Shown here piece by piece: positions 51,834 through 60,463 of a DNA stretch of 64,000 bases. Position 1 is the first letter of the stretch; every line of letters starts with the position of its first letter. Under the pieces are notes generated by a model that was not told the DNA's origin, made no database searches, and was given only the letters and a program-made list of their open reading frames with translations. Source of the DNA: an uncultured Neglectibacter sp. (GTDB taxonomy: Bacteria > Bacillota > Clostridia > Oscillospirales > Acutalibacteraceae); contig CANSKS010000001.1 in the NCBI GenBank assembly GCA_947647615.1, forward strand, positions 26,441 through 90,440, in the 5' to 3' direction. A program made the position numbers and the translations under genes.

Positions 51834-53926
51834 GTCCCCACCACAGCCTTTCTGTTATTCTCTATGGTGATATTGCCCAGAGCCTGGATTTGCACGTTAT
51901 TGGTAATTTCATTAAAAGCAAGCACGTAAAGGTTGGGATAAAACTGAGTGATCATTCGGCTGAAGTAACCGCGAATCACCTGACTCACCAGCAAAATAGG
52001 GGTTTGAGAAAGGTCGTTGAACTTCTTTAAATGCTCGGAAAGCTGGGAAATAATCTGCTGCATTAAGTCCGGCCCCATAGCCAAGTAAATTCCCTGTTCG
52101 TTGCGGGTGATAGAAGAAATGATCCGCTTCTCCACTTCCGCGTCCAAGGTAACCACCCTAAGCTGGCCGTTCTCGCAGAAACGCCGGGTGATGGTGCGGC
52201 TTAAGGCCGCCCGCACCTGCTCGGTGGCCATATCGATATCGCCGTTTTGGCTTAACGCCTCCGAAGCTGCTTCTATAATTGTTCCCAGATCCTTGATGGG
52301 GACCCCTTCTCGCAGCAGGTTCCGCAATATTTTTTCCAGACTGGCATAAGAAACAATATTAGGTACAGCCTCTTCCACCAGCTCCGGTGATGTGCGCTTT
52401 AAATTTTCTACAAGCTGCATGGTTTCGGAGCGGCCCAGCAACTCGTGTACATGCTTTTTAATGGTTTCCGACAAATGGGTCAGCATAACGGAAAGAGGAT
52501 CGATTACCGTATACCCATAGATCTCGGCAATCTCTTTATTTTCCGGTAAAATCCACCGGGAGGGAATGCCGTAAGCCGGCTCCACGGTTTCAATTCCATC
52601 CACCTGTCCTAATGGGTTGGCAGGCTCCAGAGCCAGGTAATAATCCACCAGAATTTCCCCACGGGCCACCTCTTCGCCCTTTACCCGTACCACATACTGG
52701 TTCGTGCCCAGGGAAGCGGCGTCGTGCATGCGAATAGAGGGGATAACAAAGCCCATGTCTTGGGCGAACTGCCTTCGGAAAATTACCACACGGCTGATAA
52801 GCTTGCCGCCATGACTTTCGTCCACCATAGGGATCAGGCTGTAGCCGAACTCCATTTCCAAAGGCTCTACCGTCAGCAGGGAATAGACGTTGTTGATATC
52901 TTTGTAATACTCGTTTTCACTGGGGGCCTCTTCCTCCGGCGGAAGCTCGGGTCCTTCTGCCGCAACCAGTTCTGCGGCCCGGCTGGCTTCCAGCTTACGG
53001 CCGATCAGGAAACCGCCCAGTAAAAGCAAGCTGCCGCCCGCCAGCAGCGCCAGCCGCGGCGTGTTGGGGATTGCGGCCAAAAACAGCAATACTACACCCG
53101 TCACCATAATCGCTCTGGGCTGGGCCTTGAACTGGCCGATAACATCTGTATTCAAGCTGCCATCCGACACAGAGCGCGTGACGATCATGCCGGTAGCAGT
53201 GGAAATCATTAATGCCGGAAGCTGCGACACCAAACCGTCGCCTATCGTGGCAATAGAATAGGTGTTCAGCACCGTGGTAAAGTCGCCGCCGCCGCTTACC
53301 ATGCCAATGAGCACGCCGCCCACAAAGTTGATCAACGTGATGAGCAGTGACATCACGGCGTCGCCCTTTACAATTTTGGTAGCGCCGTCCATGGCACCGT
53401 AAAAATCGGCTTCTTTTTGAATTTTATAACGGCGAAGCTTGGCTTCCTGCTCATTGATCAGGCCGGAAGAAAGGTCCGCGTCAATGGCCATCTGTTTGCC
53501 GGGCATGGCATCCAAGGTGAAACGAGCGGCCACTTCGGCCACACGCTCGGCGCCCTTTGTAATTACGATGAACTGTACCAGCACGATGATGAAGAAAATC
53601 ACCACACCAATTACAATATTTCCGCTGGTGATCAGCTGGCCGAAGGATTTAATTACCGAACCGGCGTTACCGCCATTGGAGAGAATTAAGCGGGTACTGG
53701 AAACGTTCATGCCCAACCGGAACAGAGTGGTCACCAAAAGCAGCGAGGGGAAAATGGAAAACTCCAAAGGTTCCGCAATATTCATAGTGATCATTAAGAT
53801 CATGATCGAAAGCCCTATATTGATGATCAATAAAAAGTCCAACATAAAAGTGGGCAAAGGGATAATCAGGAAAAGTACAATAATTACCACAAACAGCGAG
53901 ATAACATTGTTAAAAATCTGTTTCAT
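51830..53926 (-). CDS. flhA: Flagellar export gate protein FlhA
   Basis: 698 aa. N-terminal multi-TM region, FHIPEP motif 'ARFTLDAMPGKQMAIDADLSSG', and a cytoplasmic C-terminal domain. Confidence 0.95.
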   Translation of the reverse strand: MKQIFNNVISLFVVIIVLFLIIPLPTFMLDFLLIINIGLSIMILMITMNIAEPLEFSIFPSLLLVTTLFRLGMNVSSTRLILSNGGNAGSVIKSFGQLITSGNIVIGVVIFFIIVLVQFIVITKGAERVAEVAARFTLDAMPGKQMAIDADLSSGLINEQEAKLRRYKIQKEADFYGAMDGATKIVKGDAVMSLLITLINFVGGVLIGMVSGGGDFTTVLNTYSIATIGDGLVSQLPALMISTATGMIVTRSVSDGSLNTDVIGQFKAQPRAIMVTGVVLLFLAAIPNTPRLALLAGGSLLLLGGFLIGRKLEASRAAELVAAEGPELPPEEEAPSENEYYKDINNVYSLLTVEPLEMEFGYSLIPMVDESHGGKLISRVVIFRRQFAQDMGFVIPSIRMHDAASLGTNQYVVRVKGEEVARGEILVDYYLALEPANPLGQVDGIETVEPAYGIPSRWILPENKEIAEIYGYTVIDPLSVMLTHLSETIKKHVHELLGRSETMQLVENLKRTSPELVEEAVPNIVSYASLEKILRNLLREGVPIKDLGTIIEAASEALSQNGDIDMATEQVRAALSRTITRRFCENGQLRVVTLDAEVEKRIISSITRNEQGIYLAMGPDLMQQIISQLSEHLKKFNDLSQTPILLVSQVIRGYFSRMITQFYPNLYVLAFNEITNNVQIQALGNITIENNRKAVVGT

Positions 53927-54008
53927 TCCCTTACCTCCTTTCCGCTGGAAAGCTTTCCCCGTTTGGGACGGGGAATTTACCCAGGCCTATTGCCTTTGTA
54001 TACCTGTA

Positions 54009-54066
54009 TTCTCCGGAACAGTCCAAATCTCTGATTTACCTTTGCTCCGTGAGGTTATTATAACAT
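54009..54066 (-). repeat. Copy 1 (decayed) of a 58-nt structured repeat in the flhB-flhA spacer
   Basis: TTCTCCGGAACAGTCCAAATCTCTGATTTACCTTTGCTCCGTGAGGTTATTATAACAT. It differs at 6 of 58 positions from copy 2. Confidence 0.75.
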
Positions 54067-54136
54067 GCTTGAGCCGCCTTGCGGCTCCTCCTCTGGCGTT
54101 TGACCCCTGAGGGCAAACGCAGCCCATGTTTCAATG

Positions 54137-54194
54137 TTCTCCGGAACAGTCCAAATCTTCGATTTGGTTTTGTTCCGTGAGGTTATTATAACAT
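54137..54194 (-). repeat. Copy 2 of the 58-nt structured repeat in the flhB-flhA spacer
   Basis: TTCTCCGGAACAGTCCAAATCTTCGATTTGGTTTTGTTCCGTGAGGTTATTATAACAT. Outer stem CTCCGGAACA/TGTTCCG(T)GAG and apical hairpin CCAAATC-TTC-GATTTGG. On the minus strand it starts with TGTTATAAT. Confidence 0.75.
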
Positions 54195-54261
54195 AAACCA
54201 ACCAAAAAGTTGTTATTTGTCTGTAAAATCCTTAATTTTCCTAAAAAATTTCTCGGCTCGG

Positions 54262-55332
54262 TTATTTTGCCATTACCTGTTTCCCGTTCAAACGGAAAAT
54301 ATATACCAAAACCTCTGCCACTTCCCCGTAAAATTCCGGTGGAATTTCCCGGTTTAGCTCCACCGCCCCATAAAGGGCCCGAGCCAACGGAATATTTTCT
54401 ATGACGGCCACATTGTTTTCCTCTGCCGTCTTCACAATTCTCAAAGCCAATTCGTCCTGGCCCATAGCCAACACTACCGGCGCGTCATCTTGTTCGGGCT
54501 TATACCGCAGGGCAACAGCCACGTGGGTAGGATTTCGAATGACCACATCGGCCTGGGGTACCTGCTGCATCATACGGGAGCGGGCCATTTGCCTTTGGAT
54601 CTCCCGGATCTTCCCCTTGATTTGGGGGTTGCCTTCTACTTGCTTATATTCTTCCTTTACTTCTTGCTTGCTCATGCGCAGCTGCTTTTCGTAATCGCGC
54701 CACTGGTAGAAAAAGTCCAGGGCCGCTATCACTATAAAAGCCACTACGATCTGCCAAATCATGCCGGTTGCGGTCTCAAAAATATGGCTGCTGGCCGCGC
54801 TTAAATCGGTATATAAATATTTAATGCTTTCTTTAAACATGCTCTGTAAGCACAAATAGACAATAATCATCAGCAGAGCAATTTTTAAAATGCCTTTTAG
54901 TGCTTCCACGACACTGCGCAGGGAAAATAGCCGTTTAATGCCCTGTAACGGACTAATCCTGTTGAACTTTGGCTTAATCGATTCCCCGCTCACCAAGAAC
55001 TTGGTCTGGGCGAAGGTGGCCGCTACAGCGCACAGAATGGTAACCGCCATAATAGGCCCCAAGGTAGTGAGCATAATCCAGCCCATTTGACGGCCCAGCT
55101 CATTTACAGCGCTTCCTGTGTCTCCCAGAGGTTCCTTCCCGGCGGTAATACAAAGCTCCATGAACTGGGTTATCTCATTGGCCATAGTACCCGCCAACAG
55201 GGTTAAAACAGCAAAAGCCCCCAGCAGCGTGGCCACGGCTATCACGTCTTTACTCATAAAGACGTTACCTTTTTTCCGTTCGTCCCGTCGCTTTTTCGGG
55301 GTTGCTTTTTCGGTTTTTGAGCTGTCCGCCAA
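54262..55332 (-). CDS. flhB: Flagellar export switch protein FlhB
   Basis: 356 aa. N-terminal 'SKTEKATPKKRRDERKKGNV', four TM segments, and the autocleavage site 'VVIRNPTHVAVALRY'. Confidence 0.95.
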   Translation of the reverse strand: MADSSKTEKATPKKRRDERKKGNVFMSKDVIAVATLLGAFAVLTLLAGTMANEITQFMELCITAGKEPLGDTGSAVNELGRQMGWIMLTTLGPIMAVTILCAVAATFAQTKFLVSGESIKPKFNRISPLQGIKRLFSLRSVVEALKGILKIALLMIIVYLCLQSMFKESIKYLYTDLSAASSHIFETATGMIWQIVVAFIVIAALDFFYQWRDYEKQLRMSKQEVKEEYKQVEGNPQIKGKIREIQRQMARSRMMQQVPQADVVIRNPTHVAVALRYKPEQDDAPVVLAMGQDELALRIVKTAEENNVAVIENIPLARALYGAVELNREIPPEFYGEVAEVLVYIFRLNGKQVMAK

Positions 55333-55363
55333 GATTCATCCCCCCTTTTTGCGGAAAAAAAGG

Positions 55364-56128
55364 CTAAACTGCCATAGTCAAAAGCTCATGCAGGGAATTC
55401 AGCATGGTCTGTTCGACCTTCAGCAAAAATTCGCTAAAGGGCGAAATGAACAGGAACAGTAAAACAAGGCCAATAATCACCTTCAATTCAATGTTGATGG
55501 AAAACACATTGATCTGGGGGATCACTTTCATTAAGACACCCATGCCCACCTGTCCCACCAGCTCCGCGGCCAAAATAGGCAGGCACAGCTTTACCGCCAG
55601 CACAGTGCACTGGATAAAAAGCTCCAGGGCTGCTTCCAGCATCGTATCGCTAAGAGCCACCGCCCCAAAGGGCACCACTTGGCCAGAGGTAAGCAGCATG
55701 CGCAGTAAGGTGTGATGGCCGTTTGCCACAAAAAACAACAGGGTCATCAACACGTTTAAAAGAATGCCCGTTGTGGAGAAATTGGCTTGGGCACTGGAAT
55801 CGTAGATCTGGTTCATGGTCATTCCCAGTTGAGTATCGATCACCTCACCGGCGAGCTGAGGAATGTAGAAAAAGAAATTCATAACGGTACCTAAAAGGTA
55901 CCCTAAGGCCAGTTCCAAAATGAACCGGAGTATAAGCTCCAACACACCCCTGGGGGCGGGAACGCTCTGCTCGGTAAAAGAAGCTACCGTTACAGAAAGG
56001 GCCATAATAAACCCCACCCGAAAAATGCCTGGAAAGCTTCGCCGGCCCAGTATAGGGTTAAAAAGCACAAAGCCAGTCATTCTGGCCATAATATAAAGAA
56101 ACAAAGTGAGACGCGCTTCATCAATCAT
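55364..56128 (-). CDS. fliR: Flagellar export apparatus protein FliR
   Basis: 254-aa polytopic membrane protein in the fliP-fliQ-fliR-flhB order. 'LFLYIMARMTGFVLFNPILG'. Confidence 0.9.
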   Translation of the reverse strand: MIDEARLTLFLYIMARMTGFVLFNPILGRRSFPGIFRVGFIMALSVTVASFTEQSVPAPRGVLELILRFILELALGYLLGTVMNFFFYIPQLAGEVIDTQLGMTMNQIYDSSAQANFSTTGILLNVLMTLLFFVANGHHTLLRMLLTSGQVVPFGAVALSDTMLEAALELFIQCTVLAVKLCLPILAAELVGQVGMGVLMKVIPQINVFSINIELKVIIGLVLLFLFISPFSEFLLKVEQTMLNSLHELLTMAV

Positions 56129-56140
56129 ACCGCAGCCTCA

Positions 56141-56401
56141 CTATCCTAACATAAGTGCAAACAGGCTTCGGGCAAAATCCTGCAGGGTTTCCAACATCCA
56201 CCCGCCGCCGATGAGCAGCACCGCTATCACCACTACCAGCTTAAACACAAAACCTATGGTTTGTTCGTGGATCTGGGTCACCGCCTGAAAAATAGCAATG
56301 ATCACGCCTACCAACATACTGAGCACCAGCATAGGAGCCGCTAACTTTAATGCTACGCCTACCGCATCCCGCAAAATATCTATAATCGCAGTTGTATCCA
56401 T
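56141..56401 (-). CDS. fliQ: Flagellar export apparatus protein FliQ
   Basis: 86 aa with two TM segments. 'LKLAAPMLVLSMLVGVIIAIFQAVTQIHEQTIGFVFKL'. Confidence 0.9.
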   Translation of the reverse strand: MDTTAIIDILRDAVGVALKLAAPMLVLSMLVGVIIAIFQAVTQIHEQTIGFVFKLVVVIAVLLIGGGWMLETLQDFARSLFALMLG

Positions 56402-56415
56402 TTACCGCGCCCCCC

Positions 56416-57081
56416 TTACCGAAAACCCTGTACCAGGGTGGAAAAGAGCAGCTTCCAGCCATCCAAAGAAATGAACAGCAAAAGCTTAAAGGGCATAGAT
56501 ATCATGGCAGGAGGAAGCATAATCATACCCATAGACATTAAGGTAGAAGAAACCACAATATCTATAAGCAGGAAGGGAATGTAAAGCAAAAAGCCTATTT
56601 CAAAAGCCCGCTTTAGCTCGCAGGTGATGAAGGAGGGCACAATAATGCGCAGGGGCAATTCCCTGGCCTCTTCTTCGTTTGCGGGCGCGTCAATATGATC
56701 CAGGCTGCAGAACATTTCCATGGTACCTGCATCGGTTTGGCGCAGCATAAAATCTTTCAAGGGCACTTGGGCCCTTTCGAAAAATTCTTCCTGGGAAATC
56801 TCTTCCTCCATGTAGGGCTCATAGGCCTCTGTTTGGATTTCGGTAAGCACCGGCGACATGGTGATCAGCGTCAAAAACAACGCGATCCCCACAAGCACCG
56901 TGTTGGGCGGCGTTTGCTGGGTACCCATGGCAGTGCGCAGGAAAGAAAAGGTCACAATATACCTGGTGAAAGAAGACATCATCACCAACAGCGAAGGCAG
57001 TAAAGTGATGAGCGTGGTAAGGAAGAGGATCTCCAATGTTTCCAGGCCGTCGCCATTAATATTGATATAGCCGTCTAACAT
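56416..57081 (-). CDS. fliP: Flagellar export apparatus protein FliP
   Basis: 'SFTRYIVTFSFLRTAMGTQQTPPN', 'ALFLTLITMSP' and 'FLLYIPFLLIDIVVSSTLMSMGMIMLPP'. ATG 57081 follows GAGGTGA. The ORF-track extension to 57315 overlaps fliO. Confidence 0.9.
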   Translation of the reverse strand: MLDGYININGDGLETLEILFLTTLITLLPSLLVMMSSFTRYIVTFSFLRTAMGTQQTPPNTVLVGIALFLTLITMSPVLTEIQTEAYEPYMEEEISQEEFFERAQVPLKDFMLRQTDAGTMEMFCSLDHIDAPANEEEARELPLRIIVPSFITCELKRAFEIGFLLYIPFLLIDIVVSSTLMSMGMIMLPPAMISMPFKLLLFISLDGWKLLFSTLVQGFR

Positions 57082-57088
57082 GGGAAAA

Positions 57089-57532
57089 TCACCTCTTTTT
57101 CCTTTGCTTGAGCACCGTTTGCAGCGCCTCCTTAAAGGAAGGCAGCTGTTGCCCCTCTTTTGGCGGCTGGTTTTCTTTTTGCCAAGCCGCGGCTTCTTCC
57201 CCGGTGAATTCCGCCAGGTTAGAGATTTGGGAGGCCGTAGCCCCCAGTAAAAAGTACCGCTCCCCCACCTGAACAAGCAAAAGCTGCTGGTCTTTCCCTG
57301 TAGGCATCCGGGCAATCACATGAAAAGGTTCGCCCCCTGTCCCTTGGCCAAATATCTTTAGGCCGCCACGGCCCACCACATGTTTTGTAAACCAATAGGC
57401 CAGGGCGATCACCAGAACAATGCAAAGGAACATCCACAGCAAAGAGACCAGTTCGCCCCCCAGAGACGGAGTTTCTCCTATCAAGCGCCGCAAAGAGAGC
57501 CGCCCGCCTCCCAGAGACAGAGTTTCTCCCAT
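57089..57532 (-). CDS. fliO: FliO/FliZ-family flagellar export protein
   Basis: Single TM 'LLWMFLCIVLVIALAYWF' followed by 'HVIARMPTGKDQQLLLVQVGERYFLLGATASQI'. The ATG overlaps the cheY stop (TAATG). Confidence 0.7.
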   Translation of the reverse strand: MGETLSLGGGRLSLRRLIGETPSLGGELVSLLWMFLCIVLVIALAYWFTKHVVGRGGLKIFGQGTGGEPFHVIARMPTGKDQQLLLVQVGERYFLLGATASQISNLAEFTGEEAAAWQKENQPPKEGQQLPSFKEALQTVLKQRKKR

Positions 57533-57900
57533 TATGCGCCGCCTAAAATGTTATTTACAGTCTTCAGCACACGGTCTGCTTTAAAAGGCTTTACAATAAA
57601 ATCTTTCGCGCCGGAACGCACCGCTTCCATAACCATGCTTTCCTGGCCCATGGCCGAACACATGACAATGTTGGCACTGCCGTCCTTGGCACGAATTTCC
57701 TTTAAAGCCTCCAAACCGTCTTTATTGGGCATTGTGATGTCCATAATTACCAGGTCGGGCTGAACTTCGCTGAACTTTTCTACCGCGTCAGCGCCGTCTA
57801 CCGCCTCGTAAAGGTCTGTATAGCCATTCTTGGTCAGGGTGTCCTTGAGCATCATTCGCATAAAGGCCGCGTCATCAACCAATAAAATCTTTTTAGCCAT
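57532..57900 (-). CDS. cheY: Chemotaxis response regulator CheY
   Basis: 122 aa. 'KILLVDDAAFMR', 'LVIMDITMPNKDG' and 'DFIVKPF'. Confidence 0.9.
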   Translation of the reverse strand: MAKKILLVDDAAFMRMMLKDTLTKNGYTDLYEAVDGADAVEKFSEVQPDLVIMDITMPNKDGLEALKEIRAKDGSANIVMCSAMGQESMVMEAVRSGAKDFIVKPFKADRVLKTVNNILGGA

Positions 57901-57948
57901 TATTGTCCATCCTTTTCTCTATGTTGTTATATTTATGTGATAAGGGTT

Positions 57949-59379
57949 TTATCCCTTTTCCAACATTTGCTCAATGCCCGCGTTCTGTACAATTTCGGTA
58001 ATGCGCACGCCAAAGTTGTCGTCAATCACCACTACATCGCCTTTGGCAATACACTTCCCGTTGACAAATAAGTCTACCTGATCTCCTGCCAGTTTGTCAA
58101 GCACTACCAAGGAACCTTTGGAAAATTCCAGAATATCCTGCACCTTCTGCCTGGTGCGGCCAATTTCTACCGTCACCTGCAGGGGCACCTCCATAATAAG
58201 CTCCAGGTTTTGCGCCTGCTCTTTGCCCAGAGTTTCTGTCATATCCATAGGCGGCATATTGACAGGCTGGGTGTTAATAACCTTTGGATCTGGCTGGGTC
58301 GCCGCCTGAGGCGGGTAGGGATACGGGTAGGGCGGGTAGTACATAGGCGGGTATCCCATTTGCCCTGGAGCATAGGGCTGGCCCCCTTCGGGCATAGGAG
58401 GCATCATAGCCGGAGCCTGCGGAACCGGGGCGGCAGGCTCTGCCGGGGAAGCCGGAGTTGGCTGGGCCGCGGGAGCCGGGGCAGGTGCCGGAGCTGGCTC
58501 CGGGGCGGGTTCCGGCTGGCCGCCTCCCATTGCGCCCATCATCAGCTTTTCTATCTCTTCCTGGCTCAGCTTGCCGCCGCTGTCGCCGGAGCTGGCCGCG
58601 GGAGCCGGGGCAGGTGCCGGTTCCGGGGCAGATTCCGGCTGGCCGCCTCCCATTGCGCCCATCATCAGCTTTTCTATTTCTTCCTGGCTCAGCTTGCCGC
58701 CGCTGTCACCACCGCCGGCCGCAGGGGCCGCCGGCTCCGGAGCGGGAGCGGGTTCCGGTTCACCGCCCGAAATGGCGCTTTCGTCCAAACCCAGGCCGGT
58801 CAAAAGGTTCTTGGCCAGATCTACAGACATCACGTTCATGAATTCGCTTTCCAAAGCGGCCTCTTCGATCTTTAACGCGAAACGAACCATAACCAGAGTA
58901 TCTGCGCCTTGAGGCAGGTGTGTCTGTTTGAAGACCTCCAAGTCGTTCAGGTCAAAGGGCTCCGGAGTGGAAATATTGACGGAATATCCAAGAAAATCCG
59001 AAAGGGCTGTGGAAGCCGCGCCCATCATTTGGTTCATCAGCTCACACACTGCGCTTATGGTCAGTTCGTTAAGCTCGAATTCCTCGTCGGGGGTGTCCAT
59101 TCCCATGAGGATATCTACAATCACCTTGATATCGCTCTTTTTCAGCAGCATAATATTGCTGCCTTCCAGCCCGGATACATATTTGATCTCTACGCCCAAG
59201 GCCGGTTCAATATTGCCCAAGGAAAATTCCGCCGTTTTCACTACAGAAACTTTCGGCGTTGTAATATCGACCCGCTGGTCCAGCATATTGGATACTGCTG
59301 TGGCTGAGGAGCCGAGGCTGATATTCATCATTTCACCAAGGGCGTCTATTGCCATTGGGCTAAACAGCTGTTTTTCCAT
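57949..59379 (-). CDS. fliY: Flagellar motor switch protein/phosphatase FliY (CheC-like N-domain + FliN C-domain)
   Basis: CheC-like repeats 'IDALGEMMNISLGSSATAVSNML' and 'ISAVCELMNQMMGAASTALSDFL'. FliN domain 'LELIMEVPLQVTVEIGRTRQKVQDILEFSKGSLVVLDKLAGDQVDLFVNGKCIAKGDVVV'. A Pro/Ala-rich linker joins them. Confidence 0.9.
   Translation of the reverse strand: MEKQLFSPMAIDALGEMMNISLGSSATAVSNMLDQRVDITTPKVSVVKTAEFSLGNIEPALGVEIKYVSGLEGSNIMLLKKSDIKVIVDILMGMDTPDEEFELNELTISAVCELMNQMMGAASTALSDFLGYSVNISTPEPFDLNDLEVFKQTHLPQGADTLVMVRFALKIEEAALESEFMNVMSVDLAKNLLTGLGLDESAISGGEPEPAPAPEPAAPAAGGGDSGGKLSQEEIEKLMMGAMGGGQPESAPEPAPAPAPAASSGDSGGKLSQEEIEKLMMGAMGGGQPEPAPEPAPAPAPAPAAQPTPASPAEPAAPVPQAPAMMPPMPEGGQPYAPGQMGYPPMYYPPYPYPYPPQAATQPDPKVINTQPVNMPPMDMTETLGKEQAQNLELIMEVPLQVTVEIGRTRQKVQDILEFSKGSLVVLDKLAGDQVDLFVNGKCIAKGDVVVIDDNFGVRITEIVQNAGIEQMLEKG
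58511..58756 (-). repeat. Tandem 123-nt (41-codon) duplication inside the fliY linker
   Basis: 76-nt cores at 58511-58586 and 58634-58709 differ at one position. Each encodes 'DSGGKLSQEEIEKLMMGAMGGGQPE'. Confidence 0.85.
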
Positions 59380-59384
59380 CCTGT

Positions 59385-60395
59385 CTACTCGCTCCTTCTC
59401 GCCGGCTGCTGAAAACAGACCTCATCTATCTTTACAGCCATATTTTTCTTATAGGTACCCATTCTTCCGGTAAACCAGTTGTAACCGCCTATTTCCAGGA
59501 AAACAGGGGAGTTCTTGGGTTGGCCCAGATCTATCACGTCCCCCACACTCAGGTGGTAAACGTCGTTCAAGGTCATTTGCGTGCTTCCAAGCTCTGCCAC
59601 TACTTCCAAACTGGAATCGCGCAGCTTGTCGAAAATCTCTTCGGAATTGTCTTCCTCTGTAACCTTCCTGCCCGGGTTGTCCCGGTTGATTTCGGCAAAT
59701 ACGTTGGTGAGCATGGTTCCCGGCAGGCATACGTTCAGCCGCCCGGTACCGTTGGGAAAGCCCAGCTTAATATCTACAATCACCACGGTTTCATCCATGC
59801 CGATCAGCTGCACCAAAGTGGGGTTTACCTCCGTGCGCCCATAGGTAAAATCCATAAGAATGTAATTTTCCCAACTTCTGCCCATAACAGAAACCAGGCT
59901 TTCCATCATACTTTCATAAAGGCGAAGCTCCAGGTCGGTATAGGTATAATCGCCCAGCTGCATTTTGTTCATGTCGCCTTCACCGCCCAGCATTCGATCC
60001 ATCATGCTCAAGGCCACTGTGGTGGAAAGGTGGAACAATACAGGCTCTTCCTCCGCCTTTTGCTTAATGGAAGCGTTCACCACTCCCAAAACGTCCCCTT
60101 CGCTTAAGGCATTGGAAAACTCGTAGTACCGCTGTTCCTCCACGTTTTCTACTTCTACCTCGCAGGTGGTGTGCATCATGCTGTTCAGCCGGGAGTTGAT
60201 CACTCTGGTATAGTTATCAAAAATACCGTTAATCATTTTAATGCGGTCTTTTGTGAACTTCCTGGGACTGTAGAAATCGTACTTCCTATATTTTTTTGAC
60301 TGCTGCTCTTCCTGCGACTGCTCCGGGTCTTTTTCACCGCTGCGGACCGCACTCAGCAAAGCGTCTATTTGGCTTTGTGACAGTACTTCTGGCAT
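59385..60395 (-). CDS. fliM: Flagellar motor switch protein FliM
   Basis: N-terminal CheY-P docking peptide 'MPEVLSQSQIDALLSAV'. Central FliM domain and C-terminal FliN-like 'TLNDVYHLSVGDVIDLGQ'. ATG 60395 is preferred over the ORF-track GTG at 60410. Confidence 0.9.
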   Translation of the reverse strand: MPEVLSQSQIDALLSAVRSGEKDPEQSQEEQQSKKYRKYDFYSPRKFTKDRIKMINGIFDNYTRVINSRLNSMMHTTCEVEVENVEEQRYYEFSNALSEGDVLGVVNASIKQKAEEEPVLFHLSTTVALSMMDRMLGGEGDMNKMQLGDYTYTDLELRLYESMMESLVSVMGRSWENYILMDFTYGRTEVNPTLVQLIGMDETVVIVDIKLGFPNGTGRLNVCLPGTMLTNVFAEINRDNPGRKVTEEDNSEEIFDKLRDSSLEVVAELGSTQMTLNDVYHLSVGDVIDLGQPKNSPVFLEIGGYNWFTGRMGTYKKNMAVKIDEVCFQQPARRSE

Positions 60396-60463
60396 AAGAG
60401 ATCTTCTCACCTACCCTATCGTTTACTGCATCCTGGTGGGGCTCTTCTCACTCGATTCCGGCG

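Noticed and set aside
53987-54127. 46-codon minus-strand ORF (MGCVCPQGSNARGGAARRLKHVII...) inside the flhB-flhA spacer.
   Set aside because: GGAG lies 11 nt upstream, but the ORF runs through repeat copy 1 and the hairpins. Its composition is basic and low-complexity. There is no support beyond being open.
54009-54194. Possible miniature CRISPR array (two direct repeats).
   Set aside because: There are only two copies, 58 nt long with 6 mismatches, 128 nt apart. There are no cas genes, and the repeats are themselves long palindromic stem-loops. This is not CRISPR-like.
57082-57315. 78-aa N-terminal extension of the fliP ORF.
   Set aside because: It overlaps the 3' end of fliO in another frame and is Arg/Lys/Cys-rich nonsense. 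ATG 57081 has a proper SD and gives a normal FliP.
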